In this document: piece after piece, positions 10,222 through 18,449 of the stretch
Layout: each line of letters begins with the position of its first letter
Position numbering within the stretch: position 1 is the first letter of the stretch
Origin: an uncultured Candidatus Saccharibacteria bacterium
Lineage (GTDB): Bacteria > Patescibacteriota > Minisyncoccia > Phycocordibacterales > SBAW01
Reading direction: 5' to 3'
NCBI GenBank assembly: GCA_964615415.1
Contig: CAZTNI010000002.1
Location: 4,873-68,872 of the forward strand
DNA length: 64,000 nucleotides
Notes under the pieces: generated by a model
Databases searched by the model: none
Told to the model about the DNA's origin: nothing
What the model saw: only the letters and a program-made list of their open reading frames with translations
Program-made: the position numbers and the translations under genes

Positions 10222-10250
10222 TTGACAAAATTTATGTATTGGTATATAAT
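10222..10250 (+). promoter_or_regulatory. Perfect sigma70 promoter
   Basis: TTGACA-17 nt-TATAAT. Confidence 0.85.
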
Positions 10251-10256
10251 TAAGTC

Positions 10257-10454
10257 AGGAAGATAGGATAGTTCTTGGGCCGATGCGGAGGTTCCGACCT
10301 TCAGCGTGACGCCGAGAAGACAGTTCTTATCGATATATTGGTCGGGATTATACTAACCGGCTAATTTCTCTCAGGAAATTCCAGAGAGATCGATATAGAA
10401 AGGAAGCATCCTTCTTCCACTCCATTCGACCCGTCACATTGTGGCGGGTCTTTT
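10257..10454 (+). ncRNA. Candidate structured non-coding RNA, family not recognised
   Basis: Lies between a perfect promoter and a terminator; no ORF; 5' and 3' ends pair; four internal helices. Confidence 0.65.
10428..10454 (+). terminator. Intrinsic terminator
   Basis: GACCCGTCAC-ATT-GTGGCGGGTC-TTTT. Confidence 0.8.
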
Positions 10455-11544
10455 ATTTTTGTATAGAGAGATTACCGACTGCGCGGAAGTCCTCGGTTGT
10501 GGCGTCTTGTTTGCCGGACAGAGCGCGGGCAAGCGCTGCTTCGGCGATCATGATCGCGTTGTCGCCGGTTATAGAAAGTTCGGGCAGGCGGAATTCTACT
10601 TCAGGGAAATCTTTTGTAACTAATTCTTGCAATTTTTGGCGTAAAAATTTGTTTGCTGCAACGCCACCGCCAATCACAAAGGTTTGTGCGCCAGTTTCCT
10701 CAAGTGCTTTCCGGGTTTTTGCTACCAATACATCCGCTACCGCATCTTCAAACTCTTGCGCAAACGCTGCTTTTTCGTCGTCGTTCAATTCTTTACCCTT
10801 GAGTGCATACAAAGCTGCAGTTTTGAGGCCAGAAAAAGAGACGTCGCAGGTGTTTGTGCCAATCATAGGACGTGGAAGCCGAACGGAAAAATTTTCAGCC
10901 AAAGGTCCTCGGTTCTCCTCGAGGACTCGGCCAGACCTTGTGTCTGCTAATTTTTCCGTTCGGCTTTTCTCTGCTAATTTTGAAATGTGTGGGCCGCCTG
11001 GGTAGGGCAAGTTAAGCATGCGTGCCACTTTGTCGAACGCTTCGCCGACGGCGTCGTCTAATGTTTCGCCAATTTTTTCGTACTGGAACCATTCGCGCAT
11101 CAAAACAAACTCGGTGTGGCCGCCAGAAATAAGAAGGGCGAGGACGGGGAGCTGCACGTTTTCTAATTTTCCGTCGCGAACAAGAGAAGAAAGAAGGTGG
11201 CCCTCCATGTGGTTGGCCGGAATAAGAGACAAGTTCTTTTCTTGTGCAATTTGTTTCGCAAACGTAATGCCGGTCCACAGTGCTGGTTCGAGGCCAGGAC
11301 CTTGAGTTACCGCAATTGCATCGACTTCTTCATTTTTAAATTCTTCAAAGAGGACAGGAAGGTTTATTTGGTGTTCGCGCTTGGCGAGGTTGGGGTACAC
11401 GCCGCCATACTGTGCATGGAGCTGTGCTTGCGAGAGGAGGGCGTTTTTAAGTACAGAAAAAGAGAAACCGCCTTCGGTTTTGGTTCCTTCAACAAGAGCG
11501 ATGCCAGTTTCATCGCACGAGGTTTCGATCGCAAGAATTTTCAT
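10453..11544 (-). CDS. tsaD: tRNA t6A threonylcarbamoyltransferase TsaD, with an in-frame palindromic insertion
   Basis: MKILAIETSCDET, NHMEGH, SGGHT, DDAVGEAFDKVAR, SFSGLKTA, GDNAIMIA. Confidence 0.96.
   Translation of the reverse strand: MKILAIETSCDETGIALVEGTKTEGGFSFSVLKNALLSQAQLHAQYGGVYPNLAKREHQINLPVLFEEFKNEEVDAIAVTQGPGLEPALWTGITFAKQIAQEKNLSLIPANHMEGHLLSSLVRDGKLENVQLPVLALLISGGHTEFVLMREWFQYEKIGETLDDAVGEAFDKVARMLNLPYPGGPHISKLAEKSRTEKLADTRSGRVLEENRGPLAENFSVRLPRPMIGTNTCDVSFSGLKTAALYALKGKELNDDEKAAFAQEFEDAVADVLVAKTRKALEETGAQTFVIGGGVAANKFLRQKLQELVTKDFPEVEFRLPELSITGDNAIMIAEAALARALSGKQDATTEDFRAVGNLSIQK
10876..10966 (-). repeat. Palindromic element copy 1 (inside tsaD)
   Basis: Perfect 18-bp IR AAGCCGAACGGAAAAATT (10876-10893 / 10949-10966) around core GGTCTGGCCGAG...GAACCGAGGACC. 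Confidence 0.85.
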
Positions 11545-11620
11545 TGGTGCGCGGTAAGGGACTTGAACCCCTGGCCCTCCCCACGTCAAGGGGATGCTCT
11601 ACCAACTGAGCTAACCGCGC
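11545..11620 (-). tRNA. tRNA-Val(GAC)
   Basis: TCCCC-TT-GAC-GT-GGGGA anticodon arm; encoded CCA directly abuts the tsaD ATG. Confidence 0.96.
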
Positions 11621-11680
11621 ATGTGGCAAAAACAATACCAGAATTTAGAGAGGTTGTCATTGTGGCGGTATACTATTCTA

Positions 11681-13468
11681 ATGCCTCGGTGGATAGATTC
11701 GATAGGGAGTGCTCGTACTCCTCTGCGGTTCTTTTTTCTAGTTTCGAAACCATATCTCCGTTTCGCGGTGATTTCATCACTGTGTGTAATCGGAGCTTCG
11801 TTTTTGAATGTTTTTAGTAACTACCTTTTTAAACTTATTGTCGATAATTTAACGCTCGGTCCTCAAGGTGGAGGAGTGACGTTAGTGTGGTTTTGGACCG
11901 GAGTGTATGTGTTTGGAATCGCAGCGCAAGCCGCTTTTTGGCGTATCAGCGGTTTTGCAGGTATGCGTTGGTCGGTAGGACTGCGTGCGACGGCCGGCTA
12001 CCTGCTCTCGTTTTATGTGACGCAGCATAGTATCGACTATTTCCATGGACGTTTTGGTGGTGCTATTGGCGGCAAAATAGGAAACGCTGCCGAGTCTTTA
12101 AAAAAGATAGCCGAAGGGTATTTGTGGGGCCACTTGGATTTGTTTGTGGCTCTTGGTACTGGCGTTGTGTTGACGTTTGTTACAAGCCCGCTTTTGGGAT
12201 GGATATTTTTGAGCTGGACGGCGGGCGTGACGTCAGTGAGTTACTTTATGGCACGCAAGCGAGCGGTGTTTTCCTCGGCAGCGACCAATGAAGACACTCG
12301 GGTACGCGGACGGATTATCGATATGGTAACCAATATTGCAGCCGTACAGGATTTTGCTCGTCGAACACATGAACTTCTGTTACTACAGCCATTTTTGCTA
12401 GCTCGCTATCGTGCTGGAATACGAAACTGGACGCATGGAGAAATAAGCAGGATCTTGGTAAATATTTTTCAAGTGGTGTTTATTGCTCTTATCTCGTTTG
12501 CGTCTATATATATCTGGACTACGGGGGCACTTTCTGTCGGCGATATTGTGTTGATACTTACGCTTACCATCAGTCTCTCGTATCGTGTTGAAGAGCTAGG
12601 AAGAGCATTGAGCGATTTTGGCGAACGATATGGAGAAATTCAAAGTAGTTTGGATGATATTCTAATCACCTACAGCGTACAAGATGCTCCAAAGGCTCGC
12701 GCGCTTGTGGTAACTGAGGGGGCGATAGAATTTAAGAACGCATCTTTTGTATACGTGGACGGGAAGCGAAGTGTCCTTAACGATTTCTCGCTTACTATTC
12801 CCGCAGGACAAAAAGTCGGCTTAGTAGGAAAAAGCGGTGCGGGGAAGTCGACACTGCTCAAGCTCTTGCTGCGGCAGTATGACGTTGCGAGTGGTGAAAT
12901 AGTTATTGATGGTAAAAATATCGCACAAGTGACCCAAGAAAGTCTTCGAGCTGCTATTGCAACGGTGCCGCAAGAGCCGCTGTTGTTCCATCGCACGATT
13001 AAAGAAAATATTGCATACGGAAAGCCGGATGCGACACAGAAAGAAATTGAAAAAGCTGCAACGCTTGCGTATGCACACGATTTTATCGAAAAACTTCCAC
13101 ATAAGTATGACACGTTGGTGGGTGAGCGCGGGGTAAAACTCTCAGGCGGAGAGCGTCAGCGTGTTGCACTTGCGCGGGCTCTCTTAAAGGACGCAAAAAT
13201 TCTTATATTAGACGAAGCCACCTCGTCGCTCGACAGCGAAAGCGAAGCTGCTATTCAAGAAGCGCTTCATGCCCTCATGGAAGGTAAGACGGTTATTGCT
13301 ATTGCGCATCGCCTTTCAACGCTTAAGGAGATGGATCGTATTGTAGTTTTGCAAGAAGGAAAAATTATTGAAGACGGCTCGCATGTGGAACTGCTAAAGA
13401 AAGGAGGAGTATATGCAGGCCTGTGGGAACACCAGTCAGGTGGTTATCTCCAAGAAGATGAAGAATAG
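11681..13468 (+). CDS. ABC transporter, fused permease/ATPase (exporter type)
   Basis: TM domain, then GKSGAGKST, LSGGERQR, ILDEATS; ATG 6 nt after TATACT. Confidence 0.93.
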   Translation: MPRWIDSIGSARTPLRFFFLVSKPYLRFAVISSLCVIGASFLNVFSNYLFKLIVDNLTLGPQGGGVTLVWFWTGVYVFGIAAQAAFWRISGFAGMRWSVGLRATAGYLLSFYVTQHSIDYFHGRFGGAIGGKIGNAAESLKKIAEGYLWGHLDLFVALGTGVVLTFVTSPLLGWIFLSWTAGVTSVSYFMARKRAVFSSAATNEDTRVRGRIIDMVTNIAAVQDFARRTHELLLLQPFLLARYRAGIRNWTHGEISRILVNIFQVVFIALISFASIYIWTTGALSVGDIVLILTLTISLSYRVEELGRALSDFGERYGEIQSSLDDILITYSVQDAPKARALVVTEGAIEFKNASFVYVDGKRSVLNDFSLTIPAGQKVGLVGKSGAGKSTLLKLLLRQYDVASGEIVIDGKNIAQVTQESLRAAIATVPQEPLLFHRTIKENIAYGKPDATQKEIEKAATLAYAHDFIEKLPHKYDTLVGERGVKLSGGERQRVALARALLKDAKILILDEATSSLDSESEAAIQEALHALMEGKTVIAIAHRLSTLKEMDRIVVLQEGKIIEDGSHVELLKKGGVYAGLWEHQSGGYLQEDEE

Positions 13469-13649
13469 TTAGAGCGTTTCTATCGATGTAACGCGCATGA
13501 TGCCATCGTTCCATGATGTAAGGCATGTATGTCAGCCTCTTCTGTCTCTTCGGGGCGAATAGGGAAAATTATTGACATTTTTTGTACTTTAATGTAAAAA
13601 TCTTTTCGGTACTGAACGTCCTTTATAGGGCAAACACAAGGAGAGGGTA

Positions 13650-13883
13650 ATGAGCTTTTCAGACGCGTGGGTGTGGTTCCTTGCTGGAATCGCAATTTTC
13701 GGCGTGTTGGCGATGTATTCTTCCCGGCGACACCGCCAGGCGGTGGACAACGCTGCGCGCTCCGGTACGGGCGACGTCCGGCAACTGGACGAAGAGCTTG
13801 GCCGCGGAGGCCTTCGTCTTCTGTGGTGGGCAATCACCATCATTTTCGTTCTTCTCTTTGTCGCCTCGCTTGTTGTGAAGTAG
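13650..13883 (+). CDS. Small two-TM hypothetical protein
   Basis: TTGACA promoter near 13572, SD GGAG, two hydrophobic helices, terminator follows. Confidence 0.7.
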   Translation: MSFSDAWVWFLAGIAIFGVLAMYSSRRHRQAVDNAARSGTGDVRQLDEELGRGGLRLLWWAITIIFVLLFVASLVVK

Positions 13884-13905
13884 TACGTCTTCGAGCGACC
13901 TCGAC

Positions 13906-13941
13906 AAAGCCGCGTCAGTGCACTGCACTGACGCGGTTTTT
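13906..13941. terminator. Bidirectional intrinsic terminator
   Basis: AAAGCCGCGTCAGTGCA-C-TGCACTGACGCGGTTTT between convergent genes. Confidence 0.8.
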
Positions 13942-13955
13942 TCTTAAAAAAGATA

Positions 13956-14117
13956 TTACTGAATGTTAGTTACTGCTGCACCGAGGTAGTACGGCCAAAT
14001 GACGATAGCAAGCACTCCTTGCCAAAACCCTAATTGCAAATACCCAATAGTAAAAAGCCATGCTGCAAACCAAAAACCTCCTGATACTGTGTGGTTTTCA
14101 ATTTTAATTTTTTCCAT
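13956..14117 (-). CDS. Small membrane protein, 53 aa (MEKIKIENHTVSGGFWFAAWLFTIGYLQLGFWQGVLAIVIWPYYLGAAVTNIQ)
   Basis: Translated by hand; not in the ORF track. GGAGG upstream; aromatic-rich hairpin of two TM helices. Confidence 0.75.
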   Translation of the reverse strand: MEKIKIENHTVSGGFWFAAWLFTIGYLQLGFWQGVLAIVIWPYYLGAAVTNIQ

Positions 14118-14167
14118 ATGCCTCCATCATACTCCTTTTTGGAGAAGGAAAGGGGTATGGAGAAGTA

Positions 14168-14195
14168 TTGACAAAATGATATAAAGGTGTATAAT
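14168..14195 (+). promoter_or_regulatory. Sigma70 promoter
   Basis: TTGACA-16 nt-TATAAT. Confidence 0.75.
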
Positions 14196-14245
14196 TAAAC
14201 AGTAAGTCCTTCCCGTTTCGGGGCAATAAACAACAGGAGACCGTC

Positions 14246-14527
14246 TTGGATTTCATCGCTCAGTATTGGTGGTTGTGGCTCATTGGCCTGCTAATCTTTG
14301 GCGGGTTGATGACCATCAATCAGCGTCGTCGCGTACGAGGCATGATGCGGCCGATGTCGAATTTCCCCTCGAACCTTTCCTTCGGGGAATTCGACAAGAG
14401 CTTCCAGCAAGCCGCCGACAGCTTCCAGAAGGGCTTCGGCTCGATGATGCTGTTCTGGGTTCTGTTCGTTGCCTCTGGCGTTCTTCTACTCATCTCTGTG
14501 GTCGTCAACATTTTCCAGGCGATCTAG
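14246..14527 (+). CDS. Small two-TM hypothetical protein
   Basis: SD AGGAG plus TTG start; two TM helices; terminator at about 14548-14579. Confidence 0.7.
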   Translation: MDFIAQYWWLWLIGLLIFGGLMTINQRRRVRGMMRPMSNFPSNLSFGEFDKSFQQAADSFQKGFGSMMLFWVLFVASGVLLLISVVVNIFQAI

Positions 14528-14649
14528 CCTAGATCAAACGACACAGAGAAAGCCGCTGCCTTAACAAGCAGCGGCTTTCGATTTCGCCACCTGGCGATCA
14601 TGGTGGGCAAAAGAAAATACCGCCCGAAGGCGGCACTTTCTTTTACCCA

Positions 14650-14721
14650 TGACCTCACGGGGAATCGAACCCCGATTTACGCCGTGAAAGGGCGCTGTCC
14701 TAACCGTTAGACGATGAGGCC
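14650..14721 (-). tRNA. tRNA-Glu(TTC)
   Basis: GCGCC-CT-TTC-AC-GGCGT anticodon arm; GGTTCGATTCC. Confidence 0.95.
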
Positions 14722-14772
14722 GTAGACACAAATATAGCCTAAAACTTGAAAAAATGGTACTTTGTGTCAATT

Positions 14773-14900
14773 GGAGAGATGGCTGAGTGGATCAAAGACA
14801 AACTGCTTTGTCTTTGATCCAGTGCCTGTGGCAAGCGCCGTTGTGAGCTTGCGAACAGGCGCTCGGTGGGCGAACTGGTTCGAACACCCAGTCCTCTCCA
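14773..14900 (+). ncRNA. Expanded tRNA-Ser-like element (pseudo-tRNA or tRNA mimic)
   Basis: First 18 nt identical to the downstream tRNA-Ser; ends with a T-arm-like ACTGGTTCGAACACCCAGT and CCTCTCCA; interior replaced by long hairpins. Confidence 0.65.
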
Positions 14901-14919
14901 GTACAGATACAAAGTATCT

Positions 14920-15009
14920 GGAGAGATGGCTGAGTGGTCGAAGGCACCGCACTCGAAATGCGGCGTACCCGAAAGGGTACCGTGAGTTCGAATCTCACTC
15001 TCTCCGCCA
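14920..15009 (+). tRNA. tRNA-Ser(CGA)
   Basis: CCGCA-CT-CGA-AA-TGCGG anticodon arm, long variable arm, CCA. Confidence 0.96.
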
Positions 15010-15127
15010 GATGCGGCGCAGAAGCTGCTTTTTTAATACTCCTGTTCACCAAAAATTAATACCAAAGGTGGTCAAATGGATCGGTGTCGACAATGATTTA
15101 GTAGACATAACCGAATTCGCATCCATT

Positions 15128-15364
15128 ATGAAAACAGCAGCAAAAATTATGAGTGTTCCGCTCACGTGGGCGGTCCTTGGTGCCTCAGCAGCGCTTGCGC
15201 AAACAAGTACTACCACTATGGGAACAACTACAACACCAGGTGTACCGAACACCGGCGCAGGAGGCGATTTGCTCACCAATGTGCTCCTGCTTGGCATTTC
15301 AGCGGCAGCTGTAGTGGCAGGCATCGTGTATTTGGTTCGCATGCGTGCAACCCCAGCTGAATAA
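15128..15364 (+). CDS. Small sortase substrate (signal peptide, Thr-rich peptide, VPNTG, TM helix, basic tail)
   Basis: ALA|QTSTTTMGTTTTPG-VPNTG...TM-RMR; next to a sortase gene. Confidence 0.8.
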   Translation: MKTAAKIMSVPLTWAVLGASAALAQTSTTTMGTTTTPGVPNTGAGGDLLTNVLLLGISAAAVVAGIVYLVRMRATPAE

Positions 15365-15381
15365 TATAGATCGACAGTGAC

Positions 15382-15409
15382 TAGCGGATGCCTCAAGCGG
15401 CATCCGCTA
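15382..15409 (+). terminator. Hairpin between the substrate gene and the sortase gene
   Basis: TAGCGGATGCC-TCAAGC-GGCATCCGCTA. Confidence 0.6.
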
Positions 15410-15448
15410 TTCATACTGTCTTTCGAATTGTCTCGTTACTGTATGTAT

Positions 15449-16057
15449 ATGGAGGAACGTATGCGACGCTACACACTAGTAGGTGCACTCACGTTGGTTG
15501 CAGCGTGTGTGTTTGTTGGCACGGTAGTGCGTGCAGTTTTTTATGCGCCCGATGCAGAGAGTCCGGTGCTTATGGAAGAGGTGTCGTCTGCGAGAGGAAT
15601 TGGCGTACCGACGCGCCTGCACATCCCGGCTGCGGGAGTTGATGCTTCGGTACAGCGAACAGGTATTACGACAAAAGGAGCCATGGCAGTTCCAAGTAAT
15701 TACGCTGATGTGGGGTGGTATAGGTATGGTACTCGACCAGGAGAAAAAGGGAGTGCGGTTATCTCAGGCCATCTTAATAACGGTTTTGGGCTCGATGGAG
15801 TGTTTGCAGATCTGTCGCGATTGAAACGGGGAGACGAAATTTTTGTTGAAACAGATCGTGGCGAGGAGATGCGGTTTGTTGTAGTAGAGGTGGAGACATA
15901 TCCATACACAGAGGTGCCTACAGAATTTCTGTTTAATAGGAAGGATGTTCCGCGACTCAATCTTATTACGTGCGACGGTGCATGGGTGGGGAGTGAAAAA
16001 ACTTACGATCGTCGGCTTGTGGTCTATGCTGAGTTTAGGGAAGCGGATCAAATATAG
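15449..16057 (+). CDS. Class F sortase (alternative start 15461)
   Basis: N-terminal TM; VGWY, PGEKGSAVISGH, LNLITC and YDRR supply the His/Cys/Arg triad. Confidence 0.9.
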   Translation: MEERMRRYTLVGALTLVAACVFVGTVVRAVFYAPDAESPVLMEEVSSARGIGVPTRLHIPAAGVDASVQRTGITTKGAMAVPSNYADVGWYRYGTRPGEKGSAVISGHLNNGFGLDGVFADLSRLKRGDEIFVETDRGEEMRFVVVEVETYPYTEVPTEFLFNRKDVPRLNLITCDGAWVGSEKTYDRRLVVYAEFREADQI

Positions 16058-17408
16058 ACGGCGTGAGGCGGGTGTTGGTGAGGATATCGGCAATACGTTT
16101 GCCGCCATAAACTGAGGGCAGGATGCCAACGCCATTGCAGCCTAGGTTGTACATAAGGACCGGGTTGCGTGGTTCGGTGCCGACGCGGCGCACACCGTTT
16201 GGGGTATAGCCCATGAGTCCATGCCAGCAAAATGCATACTCGGTTCCGCCCTCAGGATAATTTTTATAGTTATGCACCAAAAACTCGTCTATTTGCCCGT
16301 GCGACTCGTCCGAACAGGCGTCGCTCCGAAGATAGGTTGCTTGGTCGGGGAGTACTTTCTCTGGTCCACCGGTACATATAAGGTTATACGAAACATTGCC
16401 TTCGTGTTCGTGTGGACGACGGGTAAGGTAGTAGTACGGCTCACCCGTAGGATCCTTCGTTTGTGTAGCGTTTTTGGGGAAGTAGCTAATTGCTGTGGGT
16501 GAGTTTGCAAGTGGCTCTATGTAACCGGCCATGTAGCCGATCCGACCATTTACTAAGTGATGGAAATTTGGTTCGATCTCCTTTCCTGCGTTGTTTGTAA
16601 TATGAAAATTTTCAAAGCCGTTCGTGCAGAGAATGATGCGTGACGCGGTTATAGTATGTGTAGCGACTGTGGCTACACCGTTTGTACTCCCAAGGACCAC
16701 TGTCTTTACCGGACTTTCTTCAAAAAATGAAAATCGATCGGTATATTTCGTGGAAAGATATCCAACCAGCTCTTCTGTAAAGAGCGCACTATTCATGCAT
16801 CCTTTTTGAAAGGAGATGCATGCAATATAGTCTGTATTTTTCGCTTCAAGGAGCGATAGTATGTCTGCGTGTGGCGCGACTGTGTAAAGGTTTTTGTATT
16901 CCGGAGGGATGTGGGCAAGGATGGGCGACTCAGCGGCAACGACAATTTGTTCTGGCTGCAGTCCGCCTGCGACACGTAGCGCATTATTTTTAAAGTAGTG
17001 CAGCAGTTGTTCCTCTGTGGTAACACCGGTGTAGCCCGTAAAACGGTAGAGTGGTGTGCGTAGCTTTGCAGTAGCTAGTATCTCGTCAATAAGTGTCCAT
17101 GCAGACTCGACCGAGCGTTGTCCGTCGATGGCGCGTTCGAGTCCAAACTCTTCTACAAGTTCAAAGAGCGGCCGCTCGAAGTAACTCGTCACTTGGCCGG
17201 CGTTATGACCGGTGGCGCCATGAGCAATTTTGTCTGCTTCAAGCAATACAACCGTTTTGTCTGTTTTTGTGAGTGTAAAAAAAGCAGTAACGACTCCTGC
17301 AATACCACCGCCTACAATAAGCACGTCGGTAGAAAGGTCTTGTGCAAGGGGGATAACGGGACGAGTGCGAGCAAGTTGTTTGATCCAGGGAGATTCGTTC
17401 GGGCGCAT
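16035..17408 (-). CDS. FAD-dependent oxidoreductase (DAO family)
   Basis: IVGGGIAG, GATGHNAG, WHGLMGYT, GCNGVG. Confidence 0.85.
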   Translation of the reverse strand: MRPNESPWIKQLARTRPVIPLAQDLSTDVLIVGGGIAGVVTAFFTLTKTDKTVVLLEADKIAHGATGHNAGQVTSYFERPLFELVEEFGLERAIDGQRSVESAWTLIDEILATAKLRTPLYRFTGYTGVTTEEQLLHYFKNNALRVAGGLQPEQIVVAAESPILAHIPPEYKNLYTVAPHADILSLLEAKNTDYIACISFQKGCMNSALFTEELVGYLSTKYTDRFSFFEESPVKTVVLGSTNGVATVATHTITASRIILCTNGFENFHITNNAGKEIEPNFHHLVNGRIGYMAGYIEPLANSPTAISYFPKNATQTKDPTGEPYYYLTRRPHEHEGNVSYNLICTGGPEKVLPDQATYLRSDACSDESHGQIDEFLVHNYKNYPEGGTEYAFCWHGLMGYTPNGVRRVGTEPRNPVLMYNLGCNGVGILPSVYGGKRIADILTNTRLTPSIFDPLP

Positions 17409-17410
17409 GA

Positions 17411-18334
17411 CTAGTGAGCTTTTAGGTAAAAGTAGATATCTTCAAGTGCTTTTACTGCATCTCCAGCGGCGATGTTGTTTTGATGATAGAGGCCATCCGA
17501 GCAGTCACCCGCAGCCCAAATACCTTCTACTGAAGAGCGTTGCGATTTACCATCCACTTTGACCCGGCCCCATTCGTCCATTGCAACGAGTCCTTGTACA
17601 AGTTCGGTTGCAGGCACCATGCCGATTTCAACAAAGATGCCCATAACCGGAAGTTCAGTCTGTTCGCCGGTTGCAGTATTTTTAACTACCAAGCTACTCA
17701 CAAAATTTGTACCTTTTACTTCAGTCGGAATAGTGTTGGTGAGTGCCTTCATGTTAGGGTGCGCAAGGACTGCATCGACCGTTGCTTTGTCTGCTTTTAA
17801 GAATTCTGCGCCGCGGCTGATAAGCGTTACTGACTTGCAGTAGGCAAGGAGCTGTGCGGCGGTTTCAAACCCAGCGTTGCCGCCTCCCACAACCGCAACA
17901 TCCATACCACCGAAGAGCGGCCCGTCGCACGACGCACAGTAGGTAACACCTTTGTTTTCAAACTCTGCAGCGCCTGGAACCTCGAGCTTTCGGCGCCAGC
18001 CGCCGGTCGCAATAAGTACTGCGCGCGCTTCGTAGGTGTGTTGTGTAGTGGCGACAGAAAAACCGCCTTCTATCTTTGTTACTTTAGTGGCCTTTTCTCC
18101 TAAGCGAATGGTGACAATGTCTGCTGCATAGGCGCGTAGGTGAGCATCAAGCGACTTTCCTAAATCGAGGCCAGAGATTTTTGGCGTGCCGATCCAGTTT
18201 TGTATCTCGGTCGAGTCAGTCGACTGACCGCCAATAGTTTCAGCAATAAAAATTGTATTGAGGCGCTTACGTGCAGCGTACACTCCGGCAGCAACACCCG
18301 CAGGTCCACCACCAATAATTGCAAGATCATACAT
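17411..18334 (-). CDS. trxB: Thioredoxin-disulfide reductase family (TrxB/AhpF C-terminal type)
   Basis: GGGPAG, YCASCDG, GGGNAG, AAGD. Confidence 0.85.
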   Translation of the reverse strand: MYDLAIIGGGPAGVAAGVYAARKRLNTIFIAETIGGQSTDSTEIQNWIGTPKISGLDLGKSLDAHLRAYAADIVTIRLGEKATKVTKIEGGFSVATTQHTYEARAVLIATGGWRRKLEVPGAAEFENKGVTYCASCDGPLFGGMDVAVVGGGNAGFETAAQLLAYCKSVTLISRGAEFLKADKATVDAVLAHPNMKALTNTIPTEVKGTNFVSSLVVKNTATGEQTELPVMGIFVEIGMVPATELVQGLVAMDEWGRVKVDGKSQRSSVEGIWAAGDCSDGLYHQNNIAAGDAVKALEDIYFYLKAH

Positions 18335-18449
18335 GTACTATAGGGTACTAGGTTTGCAAAGAGTAGGCAAATAATCATTGAATCTTCTAGGATGTCGTGG
18401 TAAAAAGCTGCTTAGAAACCAGGTCTTCATAGTAAAAAAGAGGTCACCA

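Noticed and set aside
10257-10420. ncRNA candidate as RNase P or SRP RNA
   Set aside because: No GAGGAAAGTCC P4 strand and no CAGG-GNRA-AGCAG helix; only short coincidental matches.
10900-10940. Core CTGGCCGAG...GAAC resembles the hammerhead ribozyme core CUGANGA...GAAA
   Set aside because: Invariant CUGA and GAAA are not matched, there is no third helix or cleavage triplet, and self-cleavage inside tsaD or parB mRNA is unlikely.
13480-13600. Possible small minus-strand ORF after the ABC transporter
   Set aside because: No convincing start context or protein features; candidate frames overlap a promoter or the ABC gene.
14762-15127. ORF-track N-terminal extensions (14762, 11589, 42707, 24235, 35611)
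   Set aside because: They run through tRNA genes, repeats or neighbouring genes; downstream starts fit motifs and promoters better.
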